DNA of 64,000 nt, taken from an uncultured Nitrososphaeraceae archaeon (GTDB lineage: Archaea; Thermoproteota; Nitrososphaeria; Nitrososphaerales; Nitrososphaeraceae). Shown piece after piece: positions 44,985 to 57,134 of this stretch; position 1 is the first letter of the stretch; the number at the start of each line of letters is the position of its first letter. The stretch covers positions 19,789 to 83,788 of the forward strand of contig CAVXZB010000059.1 of the NCBI GenBank assembly GCA_963765895.1, read 5' to 3'. A program made the position numbers and the translations under genes. The notes beneath the pieces were generated by a model, which was not told the DNA's origin, searched no databases, and saw nothing but the letters and a program-made list of their open reading frames with translations.

Positions 44985-45964
44985 GAATGACAGAGAATCT
45001 CTATCGTATTATTGAAACATTTCACGCGTATATAAGGGCTACTCATTTATAACACATCATGCCTGTCAATGGCTGGCACACAAAAATGAGCCCTCAAGTT
45101 AACTAAATCTGGATAAGAATACTTCTTTATCAATAGAATACTAATCGTCAATACACTTCAACATCTTACTCTTAGCCTGCTGCTATTAGTTATCTTATAT
45201 AATCATCAGTTACATTTCACTAATTCAATCCGTGTATATGATGCTGGATACACGGTAATGGACAAATATGAAATAAACAACATAATAATAAATAATAATC
45301 TGAATAATCCATATGCTATTCATGACGTTTTTCTACTCGCTACAAGATAGAGTGTAGCTCGCTCTTCATATTCTTCTTTTATCCAGAGTGTTTCAAAACC
45401 TCCTTGTCTTGCCAATATTGTATCTCTTTTTCCATAAAAATCGGATTTGAAAGCTGTTTATATTATGTATTCCTTTGTCTACCTCCATATCTTTATCATA
45501 CGATTTATCGTTGTGATTTCCAACAGAAAAGAAGTTCAAACCTTGGTTTCAGGTACTCTTCTTATTTCTGAAAACATGAAATGAATCTTATCTATCGAAA
45601 ACTTCATGTTAAGAAGCATGTGTGTGAATATATAGCATCAAAATAGGCATCCGAAATGGAAGCTAATTTATTAACATCAAGGATTATGACTTTTGGCAGT
45701 CTTTTTTTCCTTTGCTACCTTATCGAGTAATTGAACTGCAATTACGGAATACTTCATTGCCATTTGATGCAAAAAAAGTTGTATCTCTACAATGGCCAGA
45801 TCCCAATTCCAACAATTTTATCTCACGGTTAATTTTCATATGATCAAAACAAAGTAAAGCAAAGTTACTGGACTCGTCTCCAAAGAAAGTGCTGTCTCAG
45901 TGCATACATGGTTAATAAATGGAACTGCAGATATTAAAATATTACATCCTAGAAATTCAAATTG

Positions 45965-46402
45965 ATGATGTTATCAAAGATTCTCGCAGCTGTGGATGGA
46001 TCAGAAGCATCAGAAAGGGCCTTTGAGTATGCATCATTTTTAGCTGAAAAATGCAATACATCTCTGTTTCTTGTAAATATAGCAGATATATTTGAAAGAG
46101 TTGGAAGCGAGCAGTAAAAAGCTGGAAGAAATTGCCAAAAAGATTGAGGAAGGAGAAATTGATGATAAAGCAATGCTTAGGAAATTTGAATCGCAAGCAA
46201 AAGAGTATGGAATAAAAGGTGTACGTATAATAAAAAAAGAGGGAATGTTGCTGAAGAAATATTAAAGATAGCAGATAAAGAAAAGGTAGATATGATAGTA
46301 CTTGGTAGCAGAGGACTTAGTACAGCTAAAGAATTTCTTCTAGGTGGTGTCTCTCATAAGGTTGTACATCATGCCAGGTGTCCAGTAACTGTTGTAAGAT
46401 AG
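45965..46402 (+). pseudogene. universal stress protein (frameshifted)
   Basis: SKILAAVDGSEASERA..DMIVLGSRG..LGGVSHKVVHHARCPVTVVR*. Confidence 0.85.
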
Positions 46403-46440
46403 ATATAGAGATAACAGATGGAAAGAATGAAAGAGAAGAT

Positions 46441-46675
46441 TTAACCCTTGTAAATTCTATATAGACTATTAGTAGTAATCTGCCTTCCCATAGAACTTCT
46501 ACCAATGCCTACAAAAAGAGGAGAGTTCGGATTATTACGGCTTGGATGGTTTGATATCCATTCCTTAATGTAAGGTATCGACTGGATCAATGTATATGTC
46601 TTGACCCTGTTTTACTATTGACCAAAACTTCTGCATACTGTTTCCCACCATCTACAGTTTTAAACACAAATATGT
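46441..46675 (-). pseudogene. tyrosine integrase internal relic
   Basis: VFKTVDGGKQYAEVLVNSKTGSRHI..QSIPYIKEWISNHPSRNNPNSPLF. Confidence 0.6.
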
Positions 46676-47292
46676 ACAATCCATGATATATTATTGATGA
46701 GATTGTAAGACCTAATTTGATCTCAATTTAAAAACTTCTAATTGCATCTGATGTATTACATTATGCACATTGTCCTGTGATATAGTAAAATAAATCATGT
46801 ACAAATCATTACACATCAATATTCTTATTCTCGTCTTACATTGATTGCGACAGATTTTAGATAGTGTTTACCTTTGATGTCCTCGATAAAATTCGAGATT
46901 TTGTTTGAATTTTTGTTCACAATCACATTCACTATTCAATTTCAATTTTTCTCCAGCATACACCACTAGTTTTTAAGAATGCCTTTTATTTGATACTAAT
47001 TATTACATAATATACAAAATTTAGGATTATTATTATGATGCATCAAGCCTACTACTCCAGCCAATTTTGAATGAGTTATAGATAATCACTCGTTTTAGGT
47101 TTCCCATCAGAAGAGGATGGATAAAATAATTTATAGATAGTCTTCAATAGAAAACTGGCATCATAATGAGATTAATATACAAGCTATATACGGAGCTATC
47201 AATAGGCATCACATATAAGAGTGGAATACAACAAAGGCATCAAGATAAAATATGTGAATGATATGCTATTTGTTAGGATGATCAAATGAACA

Positions 47293-47808
47293 ATGTATAA
47301 GAAACTCGTGGTACCAGTTGATGGTTCCAAACCTGCAGATAAAGCGTTAGATCATGCCATACGTCTTGCAAAGTCTATTTCAGCTAATAGTAGTTTTGGT
47401 AAGATCGAAATTATAATAATATCTGTTATTCCAGACCTTCCTGCTACACTTGGTTTTGAATCTCCTAGGAAGTCTTTTAGAACTGGAGAAGTAATTTCAT
47501 ATTCAGAATATATTATTGAGATGTACGAATTGAAGAGATCAAATACTATTAACCTCCTATCTGCAAGAAAGAAGAAATATGAGTCCCATCGAACTAGAGA
47601 CAATAATTTTACAATAAGAGTGGAAGTTCTTGTTAGCCATGGCAATTCCATTACCGATACAATAATCAAATTTGCTAACAAGGAGAACGCAAATTTGATA
47701 GCGGTAGGCAATATTGGGTTAAGTGGGATATCAAAGCTCAAGACATTAGGAAGTGTATCTAGATCTATTGCAGAGAAGTCTAGTTGTCCGGTTTTAATTG
47801 TACATTAG
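47293..47808 (+). CDS. universal stress protein
   Basis: YKKLVVPVDGSK..LIAVGNIG..LGSVSRSIAEKSSCPVLIVH. Confidence 0.92.
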   Translation: MYKKLVVPVDGSKPADKALDHAIRLAKSISANSSFGKIEIIIISVIPDLPATLGFESPRKSFRTGEVISYSEYIIEMYELKRSNTINLLSARKKKYESHRTRDNNFTIRVEVLVSHGNSITDTIIKFANKENANLIAVGNIGLSGISKLKTLGSVSRSIAEKSSCPVLIVH

Positions 47809-47947
47809 AGTAATACCTAGGATTACGTAGCAATAATAAGAAACAGATGAAAAATGAAATCCCACCAATCTATATAGGCGCGTTGTAACTGAATTTCTTG
47901 TACAATAAAATGAAACAGTATAGTATAGTATAGTTCTTCATCTATTA

Positions 47948-48412
47948 TTATTTTTCTGATATTACTATTATCTCACCTTTAAGTGATGGATCTTCTATAG
48001 AGTGGAACGGATACCTTCCAGGATTAAGATTTGATGCTACAAACTCGGCATATCCTTTTGCTCTGATAATTCCAGTATCAAACAATTTTCCAGAAAGTGG
48101 ATCATTGGAAGATATGCCATTTGTAACGCTATGGGGAGATGTGTCATTATTACCTATAAATACTTCTTCTCCAGGTTTTATTGTTAGAGTTTGTGGTTTA
48201 AAAATGAGATTTCCTTTGTCATTTTTAGTTATGACTATAACACCAGCAACAGACGAACTATTTGGGCTTGATGTTGTATTTGGGGCAGTGGTTGTTATCG
48301 AGTATACTCGTGGTAAAATCTCATTTTGGTTTGAGATAATAAGAACAAACAATATCCAGGCTATACAATGTAAAAAGAAAAACCGTTTCCAATTGTAGTT
48401 GGTTGCCATCAT
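47948..48412 (-). CDS. membrane-anchored cupredoxin-fold protein with a degenerate Cu site
   Basis: FKPQTLTIKPGEEV..NNDTSPHSVT..FDTGII..PGRYPFHS..LKGEIIV. Confidence 0.75.
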   Translation of the reverse strand: MMATNYNWKRFFFLHCIAWILFVLIISNQNEILPRVYSITTTAPNTTSSPNSSSVAGVIVITKNDKGNLIFKPQTLTIKPGEEVFIGNNDTSPHSVTNGISSNDPLSGKLFDTGIIRAKGYAEFVASNLNPGRYPFHSIEDPSLKGEIIVISEK

Positions 48413-48437
48413 TTTGGTCTTTAAATGGCATTCTAAT

Positions 48438-48995
48438 TTATTTGTAACTAGAAAAGTCTGATTCTTTGTTTCTCCTTTGATTTTTGTCCACTGCTTGTGA
48501 CTGTCTTTCCTCATATTCTAATATCTGTACTGATGTCTTCCTCTTTGTTAGTGACACAAGTATGTATACAGATAGAGCAACAATTGCTGCTTGCATAACC
48601 TTCGCGAGTACATCTGTCACACCTATATCATCTTGTATTCCTATCGATGGAATATTTATTGTTCTGGTCGATATATAAAATAGTATAAGAGCCAATGAAC
48701 CTACTATGGCCATTATATACGGTATTTTATTACGATATGTATTCTCTAATGTATAAATCCCGACAGCAATGTATCCTAAGCCTATTATAATAAAAAATAT
48801 CATTTCATTTGTTGTCGCCATTATATCTTGTGCACTCTTGGCCCCAGTAGACAGGTGCGCTGACTGAGAAATATAGGCGTAATCCTGAGATGCAACATAA
48901 AAGTATATAGCTCCTGTTAGAAGCATTAGTGCAGCAGTAATATATACAATCGTTGTCTTAGGATGCGCAGTTAACGTCGTCGTAGTTTCTCTCAT
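48438..48995 (-). CDS. four-TM membrane protein
   Basis: Four hydrophobic helices. Confidence 0.75.
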   Translation of the reverse strand: MRETTTTLTAHPKTTIVYITAALMLLTGAIYFYVASQDYAYISQSAHLSTGAKSAQDIMATTNEMIFFIIIGLGYIAVGIYTLENTYRNKIPYIMAIVGSLALILFYISTRTINIPSIGIQDDIGVTDVLAKVMQAAIVALSVYILVSLTKRKTSVQILEYEERQSQAVDKNQRRNKESDFSSYK

Positions 48996-49116
48996 AAACC
49001 AATAACTTTTGTAAATATTATAAAACTACTGTAAGAACTTTAGTGGAGTACCTGAGAACTAAGTTCTTCTATCATTTAAATACAAGAAAAAAGAAGATTT
49101 TACTATATGATTTTCT

Positions 49117-50007
49117 ATGACCGAATCCACTTCTGGTAATAATGACAAAAGAATTCAAATTGAGAGAGATGACGAAAATTCACAAACACCAGAAATAGAT
49201 GAGAACCCACAATCATTTACTTCTCCAATCTTAGCAACTAGGTACGCCCACGAGTCTTCCAAACTAGTATATTCAATCGAAAAGAATTTTTACTTGATCA
49301 TATGTATAATTTCTTCGTTATTTGTCTTATCGTTATTAGATTTTCTCGAAGTTCAGGGCATCTTTCCAGTATCAATTGATTTTGTAATTACAATCTTCTC
49401 TGCTATTTCTATTGCTATCTTATCATACACAATTCCTAATATTGTAAAATCTAAGCGAATACTCAGATCATGGGCAGATATGTTTGAGAGGAACAGTATA
49501 AGGGCCGGACTAAGTATATCTATGGTTAATAAGGATAAAGAAGAAGCTATTCACGCTATCGCTGAGACGATAGAAGAAGTGGGTGAACCATTGCGAAAAT
49601 ATATTTCATCTAAAGACAATTTCAATGAATTTCTAAATGTATCTTATCCATCCGGTGACAAAGCTGATGCCAACAAAATTTTATTTGACGTCCTAATTGA
49701 CTCAGAACGCATAGTAAGTATAAAGAATAACGATACTGAAGATATTAGCATTAGACTTCGAGATACACTTAAAGATTATGGGGCAATAGTAGCTAAAATT
49801 ATTGATGGTAATATAACAAACGATATCGTCAAATCATTTTCTAATGACATAAATTTATACAAATTAGCTTCAGGAAATAAGATTCATTTAGCGATAATAA
49901 TAGGTGAGGATGTGTCAGAAGATTCATATGCATTAGCTATAAAATTAGAACGAAATGGAATTAGATATTTTGTACTTGCCGAGAAACCCTCTCTATTGCA
50001 TACATAG
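49117..50007 (+). CDS. two-TM protein with a soluble alpha/beta C-terminal domain
   Basis: 296-aa ORF with hydrophobic segments at aa ~58-108. Confidence 0.75.
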   Translation: MTESTSGNNDKRIQIERDDENSQTPEIDENPQSFTSPILATRYAHESSKLVYSIEKNFYLIICIISSLFVLSLLDFLEVQGIFPVSIDFVITIFSAISIAILSYTIPNIVKSKRILRSWADMFERNSIRAGLSISMVNKDKEEAIHAIAETIEEVGEPLRKYISSKDNFNEFLNVSYPSGDKADANKILFDVLIDSERIVSIKNNDTEDISIRLRDTLKDYGAIVAKIIDGNITNDIVKSFSNDINLYKLASGNKIHLAIIIGEDVSEDSYALAIKLERNGIRYFVLAEKPSLLHT

Positions 50008-50788
50008 CAATCTGTGTAGTATTCCCATAACTAATATACGACCATAAATTAGCAACATTTTGATTGGAAATGTGGATATAGAGTCTGTAAATATTAATCT
50101 CAAAAACAAATAATATTACAAAATATGGAAGTAGGTATATCATAGTAATTGTACAATAGTCGCAATTTTCAGTAGGTTTTTCAATTATGTGCAATATTAG
50201 TTGGCTTTGTTAAAATATTTAATTCCATATTAGATATAAATTAATTCTGATCTAACTTAACTAGGTTAATGCAAGTTTATTAGGAATGTGTCGGACATCG
50301 TGCTAATGTCATTTAAGAATAGGAAAAAGAGTTTTTGTACAATAAGAGATAAACTGTTTAATCATAGTAATATTACACATTCTATTATCATATCTTTTGA
50401 TACTTAAGAAAAGTAAAGAGGATACTAAAAATCGTAATAAGATATGCCTATTTGGTATTATATTGCTATACAAGAATCCAGAATGCACTAGTAAGCCTAT
50501 GTAATTGTAAACTAAAGAGAGATGCAAAGCCTATCTTTGTCATTCGCAATCGTCTTGACTCACATTATAATAAACTACGTTCTATAGACGTAACCAAAAT
50601 TCAAAATTACTCAACAAAAGTTTATAATAAGACAGTAAAAAAGTGATATCTTACTTATGGATTCGACTGAATCTAATGTCTTTCTCTACCCACCCGAAAT
50701 TTGCATTGAATATTATGATACAATAGTTGATAGCAAAAGAAATGAAATGGCATGAAAAAATTTGGCAAGTGTTACCACGCTTTTGAGT

Positions 50789-50828
50789 TTTTATATTATT
50801 TTATATTATTTTATATTATTTTATATTA
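50789..50828. repeat. tandem repeat (TTTTATATTA)x4
   Basis: Exact 10-bp tandem repeat upstream of the wHTH gene. Confidence 0.85.
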
Positions 50829-50975
50829 TATCGGGAAGACATTTAGCTGCGAACATATGATCCCATTTATCAGCAACTTGATTCAAATACATCCTACTTC
50901 ATAAACCTCCTAATGAATTAATTTAATATTTGATTTGATTTTATTTGACACAAAAAAGTTCAAGGTTTTTGTTAA

Positions 50976-51356
50976 TTGACTCAAACTAAAAAATCCAAGA
51001 AAAATAAGCTTCGTTTTTCTTCAGAGTATACCATGCTCTCCATCCTTGAATATCTTTGTATTAATTCTTTGAATGGACCGATCAGCAAATATCATGTTCT
51101 CACCAAGGTACCTGGAATTAAACGGCAAAGACAGGACAGAGTATCTGAAATTATGAACATACTAGAAGAAAATGGTCTTATTGAATCGATTAAAACTTCT
51201 TCTGAATCCACATTCTATCACGTTACTAACAAGGGAGTCAATGCATACTCAAAATGGGTTAAGGACTTTTTAGATTTTACTAGATTCACTCATAATAAAC
51301 TAGACGAGAACAAAGAAAAGGGTACATATCCTAATAATTGTTTATTGCTACTATGA
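50976..51356 (+). CDS. winged-helix DNA-binding protein
   Basis: SILEYL..ISKYHVL..RVSEIMNILEENGLIE..YHVTNKG. Confidence 0.8.
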   Translation: MTQTKKSKKNKLRFSSEYTMLSILEYLCINSLNGPISKYHVLTKVPGIKRQRQDRVSEIMNILEENGLIESIKTSSESTFYHVTNKGVNAYSKWVKDFLDFTRFTHNKLDENKEKGTYPNNCLLLL

Positions 51357-51916
51357 TCATTGTAGTCGAATATTACCATATATAGAACTATGAACAATAC
51401 AACTGTTAAAAAGTGTTGTTTGTAAATGTCTACGACTGCAACTAATACAGAATTCAACTTATATTTTGTTATGTCTTTTAATATATAGAAGAGTGTAAAT
51501 ACACCAACTAATTTAGTATACGGCCATAATATTTTGCCACATCTGAAAAAAACTAATTAATGCAACTGTAGACATACACCAGCTTTACATTGTTTTAACA
51601 TTTTATTTCTTCACCAAACTATTAGCCATCATCATCCATAGTAATGATATTCATTTCCATTTAATATAAGCATCAGCGCCAATGATAACTCATGGAAAAT
51701 GGCTAGTTGTCTACCGCATCATGAGCGAGAGATCTGGGAGGTAAGAAGGCAGCACATGCGGCCTCCACCATGCCGGACTGCAAACTAAACTTGGAGATAA
51801 ATATCAAGATGCAGCTGCAATTTTTTAAATAAGTAATACAATGCATTTGTCTAAAATTCAAATGTATTTTAAAAGCTTTAGAGATTCTGAAAAGGGAGTA
51901 GTAAAATTATCCTAAA

Positions 51917-52570
51917 CTAATAATTCTCACAATCATTGGTCTTTGTATCTCCTTCTGAAGGATGATAATCTCTTACAGTATCATTTCCAAGACCACAGTC
52001 GAAATAGTCTGCACCCGGTCCACCAATAAGAATATCATTCCCCGGTCCACCAAATAATCTATCGTACCCAGCATCACCATATATAATGTTGTTACCTGAT
52101 CTGCCTACAAGTATGTCGTTCCCAGGTCCTCCACATATTACATTATCATTAGTATGATCATCGCTACCACCTAATATCGATACAATATTATTGCTGTGAT
52201 CCTCTCCTGAGCCGCTAGAAGCCATACTCTCAAGAGCATTAGAACTACTACTTGGTACTATGCTATTAGCAGAACCACTCCCGATCCCTGATATTATATA
52301 TCTACTACTATTTCCATTGTCATTTTGGCTCTGATCTGTGACAGTAGAAGATATTCCTATATTATTGCAGGAAGATGTTGTTATTCTATATCTAACCTTT
52401 CCTATAAAATCGTCAACAGTACCATTGATTTGATTTCCTAGACTATTTTTATTATTACTTGCGATGACGGCTGTCATATGCAATCCGTATAAATTCATCA
52501 TAATAACTATTAATAAAATCAAAGTAAATATACCGAGAATTGCATTTCTCGGCCGACTCGGATTAGGCAT
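51917..52570 (-). CDS. secreted protein with RTX/hemolysin-type Ca-binding repeats
   Basis: GGPGNDILVG, GDAGYDRLFG, GGPGNDILIGGPGADYFDCG; signal peptide. Confidence 0.85.
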   Translation of the reverse strand: MPNPSRPRNAILGIFTLILLIVIMMNLYGLHMTAVIASNNKNSLGNQINGTVDDFIGKVRYRITTSSCNNIGISSTVTDQSQNDNGNSSRYIISGIGSGSANSIVPSSSSNALESMASSGSGEDHSNNIVSILGGSDDHTNDNVICGGPGNDILVGRSGNNIIYGDAGYDRLFGGPGNDILIGGPGADYFDCGLGNDTVRDYHPSEGDTKTNDCENY

Positions 52571-53169
52571 ACATTATTCTTCTATTAATAAATTATATAA
52601 CTCTCTCATATTTTAATCTATGAGATTTATAGCTATACAATTGTTTACTCATGCATATATGCTCAAGTTGAGAGAAAGCTAGGTCCAGTTGTGACTATAA
52701 TTGGCATGTAAAAATATTAAAAGAAACACATTGAATGTTACCGGCAATTACAAATACATTTAATAGTACACTTGACACGAGTTATCATATACAATTTCAC
52801 ATACTAAATGACAATGCGAAAAATATGACAACTTGAGAGTAGTAGCTAAGAATAGGTAATAACTAATAATACGAGTCAACTGCCCATGATAATTCTCTTT
52901 GATACAAGATTTTAGAATACATCTACATTCGTTATCACAAGATTAGCTCGAAAAAGAATCGGCTTAGATTAATGATTTGGTCATTATTGTATTATATAGA
53001 TGAATACTATATAAATTCGACATTCCAATTTAACAAAATTTATTTCTTAAAGCAGGCTAATCAGGTAATTTTATTCAAAGTCATTTAGTGATTGTAAGCT
53101 ATGCAAACAATTGGCATTCTTATGCAGTACAGACAAATATTAAAAGAATTATGAAAAAATATAGTGAAT

Positions 53170-54116
53170 GGCTATGTAGAAAACATCATCAATATTACAA
53201 GATTAGTCAGTCTATGCATATTGTAGGTGATACATCTAAATGATAACTCTCTGTTCTGCATTCTAGTCAATCTAGACATAAGATGCTCTCCAAATAGTCG
53301 TTTTATAACTGATATTATGGTTTCATCTTTGTTTCGTTGATTGTACAGCAATTTGGAGTAACCACGCTTCATCTGCTTTCTGTACTTACCATGTGTTCTC
53401 CACATCGGTACATGTTCATATCGAGCAGGAATAATACTGAATGCATGTAAGTCCTCTCTTACGAGAAGGTGATTATCTTCACTATCGTAACCCTTATCAG
53501 CTGTAACTACAGATAATGGAAGAATATTTGATGTCCTTGTTATAATTGGCCTGAAATCTACATTATCATGCCTTGTTGGAGCTCGTCTTATCTTAATTGT
53601 ACATATGATTTGTTGTAATACATCTACTCCAATAGATAATTTCGCATATTTTCTTCTCAATTCTGTTCGATCAGTATAATATTGTGATGCATGAGTTATC
53701 TTAAATCCTGTTGAATCTATTCCTGCAAAGATATGCTTGGTACCACTAATTACAATGAATGACGAAATTATCTTTTCAAGCAATGAATTATTGATTCTAT
53801 CTGTAAACTTTTGCAATGTTGTAAAATGAGGAATACGTGACAACCGTAGAAATGACCTTAGGTAATAGGCTTCAATTAACCACTCGACAAACATTCTATA
53901 ACTCTTACCTTCATACTGTCGTATAGCAACTAGAACTATGTGCTCCATATTGTAAATATGTGATTACTTTTCCTGTTAGAAAATAGAGGAATCCTTGCAT
54001 GCTTCAAAACACGGAACATAGTACCTGCAAGTCTGACGTACATTGATTCTTTCAATAGACTATTGGTATTATACTCTTACAAAGCTTTGACTGTATGAGA
54101 TGGTTTCTACACAGCC
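53170..54116 (-). mobile_element. IS5-like insertion sequence, copy 2 (947 bp) with 8-bp TSD TAGTGAAT
   Basis: Same TIRs as copy 1; TAGTGAAT at 53162-53169 and 54117-54124; a 1-bp deletion near 53945 shifts the transposase frame. Confidence 0.95.
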
Positions 54117-54235
54117 TAGTGAATATATCTTCAATATGTTTTAATGTATTTACAAGGTAAACTAGATCAAATCACATTATATAGTAATCATGAAAAATTG
54201 TTATCTATTTATGTCTAGCCTAGAGAGAGTTTTAA

Positions 54236-55126
54236 TTATATGTAAACATTCTCCCATACTAATTCTCCAAGCTTGTTAAGAGCCTGCTTCAATGGCTGAT
54301 TTGTACTATAAACTATAAGTGTATGATCTCCTGTTTTCTGGTCAGGCCAAAAACCTCCAGGACAATATTTACATGTAGCATAATGAAAATTAAAGGTATC
54401 CAGTATTTTAAATCCATTTTTTGGAAATTGTTCTTTGTAATATCCAAGCCATCCAGGGTGTATTCCACCATCATTATCTTTGTTATTTGCTACCTGATTA
54501 GTAGGAGTGTAAAAGCCACCCATTATTAGATTTCCAACTGATTTTTGAGGATTAGAAACAACAGATAGGTTTCCTTTCATCCAAGGATATTTTGGATCTT
54601 GTATTGTATATTGTCCTACTGACAAGACTTTCGCTGTCGAACTATTTGTGTAATCTAATTTACCTGTGGTATAGACAATATTGTTGGAGCTATCCATGAT
54701 GTTTATTGTGTGAGGATGCGGTGTGTCCCATGGAGCATCAGCATCAAGAAAAGATATAGCTGTTCCTTGCTGTATTACCATGTTCATTGGGAGATAGATA
54801 GGATTATGATCACTAATGTATTTGTGCCTCTCATTAACGGCATCTTCATGTGCTTCGTCTACTATATACCAGATAAATGTTCCAACTGATTGTGGCACTG
54901 TCATTGATTGTGATTGATACACTGATTGGGCAGTAGTAGAAGTAGTAGGAATTTTATCTGTAGTATTTGTACCAATTGTTATTTTTTTCATCACGGTATT
55001 CTTTTCTTGTTTTACAATTGCTATAATATTTGACTGTAATGTGTTTGTTATTGTTACGACAAGTATGGATGAGAAGATTACAAATAATATAACATACGAA
55101 GTTGACACCCTAAACAAGTTTTTCAT
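54236..55126 (-). CDS. secreted protein with a cupredoxin-like segment
   Basis: Signal anchor; YLPMNMVIQQGTAISF..HPHTI..GQYT..PWMKGNLSV. Confidence 0.7.
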   Translation of the reverse strand: MKNLFRVSTSYVILFVIFSSILVVTITNTLQSNIIAIVKQEKNTVMKKITIGTNTTDKIPTTSTTAQSVYQSQSMTVPQSVGTFIWYIVDEAHEDAVNERHKYISDHNPIYLPMNMVIQQGTAISFLDADAPWDTPHPHTINIMDSSNNIVYTTGKLDYTNSSTAKVLSVGQYTIQDPKYPWMKGNLSVVSNPQKSVGNLIMGGFYTPTNQVANNKDNDGGIHPGWLGYYKEQFPKNGFKILDTFNFHYATCKYCPGGFWPDQKTGDHTLIVYSTNQPLKQALNKLGELVWENVYI

Positions 55127-55880
55127 GGATCATTTATTTTCTAGGTATTAAAATATTTTTGGGTATAAATATCAATTGTGTTAAGTTAATATTCCTTTTC
55201 ACTTGTTATTAAGGACTTGATAATATTTATTTAAAGTCGTCGTTTTTGATAAATTATACAAAAAATTATGAAGAATATCAGCTGAGGGTGAACATCAGAG
55301 ATTGCAACAACGACAATCAACTCCCTTCTTCCGATCCAATAATAATAGTCATGATGAGATTCAGTGTTTAAGCATATAATCAACCTATGTCAACTAGGAC
55401 ATCAAGAGACTTTGGCATCTCATTTCAGAGTTGTACTATGCATTTATTGATTTTTGATAGTACATAACACAATTATTAGAGTTAGGACTGTAATTTTATA
55501 CCAATTCTTTTTTGTGGCCCGCACATTCAACACAAACAATAATTCTGTTAGTGCTCCTGTTGCCCTTTACTTGATAACCGATAACTCTATGACAACCATA
55601 AGATTGCAATGTAGTTACATATGATTTATGAAATGTCTTGCCATCAGCTTCCTCTGTAACTAATTAACTAAATCTCGTTGTCTTGCCTACGCAAGGATCC
55701 GATAGACACTCTAGCAAGGATTGCCTAAGATGGCAAGACAGAATACCAGATAGGATGGGATAATTTATCCTGATGTATGACATTGTCTTTATTGAACGAA
55801 TTAAAGTATGCTGGTTCAAGTATATATCAAGCAATGAAAAATACAGTGCACAATCTAATGAGCGTAAAGAAATACAATAA

Positions 55881-56327
55881 ATGAGCACAAGAACACAAGT
55901 CGAATGATGAAGAGCCAACGTGTAAGAGATGATAAGTAAAGGCAATTCCCAAACTAAAATAGCAGGAATTCTTCATGTGGATCTGTCTACAATTAGTAAG
56001 GATGTTTCCTACCTAAGGCAGCAAGCAAAACAAAATATCAAAAAATACATAGATGAACGATTACATGAGGAATAAGAAAAATGTCTTGTTGGATTACATG
56101 CAATAACAAAGGAAGCATGGAATATAGCTCAGAATAGAGAGGATAAAAGAAAAAAGATATAGGCATTATCATTGGCTAAAGACTGTTATTCAATGAAATT
56201 AGACTTGCTTACTAACGCAACAGTAGTTGATGATGCTATTAGGTTTGTGTCTGAGAAATCCAAGGAGAAACCAAGATCGTCTTCTATCAATATCAACAAA
56301 GAGGATGAGTCAAAGAAGAATCTATAA
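55881..56327 (+). pseudogene. HTH-domain protein relic (thaumarchaeal MGE-associated family) with in-frame stops
   Basis: SKGNSQTKIAGILHVDLSTISKDVSYLRQQAKQNIKKYIDERL..ALSLAKDCYSMKLDLLTNATVVDDAIRFV. Confidence 0.7.
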
Positions 56328-56497
56328 TAACTAGTATATATAGGAAGAGCAGGACGGCTTATGCTGGTCCTTGTCTCTTTCTTACCACAAAAATTTATTG
56401 CAGACCTTTAATACTTTAATTATATGAATAGTAATAAGAAAAACGACGATGTATTTAACGGAGTAATACGCAGGTACTAAATACAGTATATAATGCC

Positions 56498-57013
56498 ATG
56501 CAAAGTCATCCAGAAATGGCAAAAGCAACATTTTCTGTAAAATCAGAATGGAATGGCGGCTTTAGTGTTACATCTAGCTCCAAAGGCTTCCGTGTTGGCA
56601 GCCAAAATGTAGAAAGAGATACGGAATATAAAATGCAATATGACTTTCCAAATCAATTCTCAGGGGAAGGAAGAGGCCTTACTGTATGTGAGTATTGTAT
56701 GGGTAGCTTAGCAGCATGTTTAACACAAACCATTGTAGCTCATGCTACATCAAGAAGCATCCAAATTGATAGCATTGATATTGATGTAGAAGGTGATATC
56801 GACTTGCGTGGTTTTACTGGTATATCCAGTGATGTAAGGCCTGGTGCTCAGCAATTTAGAGTAAATACGAATATCAAAAGTAGTAATGCCTCAAAAGAGC
56901 AAATAAATGAGCTGCATGAAACTGGAAAAAAATTTTCGTCTGCATTTGATACCTTGACTAATGGAACTGATGATTTTGCTGTCAAGACTAAATCTCTATC
57001 CGTCCATCCCTGA
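56498..57013 (+). CDS. OsmC-family protein
   Basis: GSLAACLTQT, IDSIDIDVEGDIDLRGFTG, SSAFDTL. Confidence 0.85.
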   Translation: MQSHPEMAKATFSVKSEWNGGFSVTSSSKGFRVGSQNVERDTEYKMQYDFPNQFSGEGRGLTVCEYCMGSLAACLTQTIVAHATSRSIQIDSIDIDVEGDIDLRGFTGISSDVRPGAQQFRVNTNIKSSNASKEQINELHETGKKFSSAFDTLTNGTDDFAVKTKSLSVHP

Positions 57014-57134
57014 ACAGATAAAGCTAAAAATCTGATCACCATAATTTACGAAGAAAAAATCTGACATTTGAGCACAAAATCTGATGTCGATCTCCATCCA
57101 AGAGCATGCGGGCTTACTTTTAAGACATACATTA

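Noticed and set aside
44037-54116. Composite transposon formed by the two IS copies
   Set aside because: Copy 2 has its own TSD and the outer flanks do not match, indicating independent insertions.
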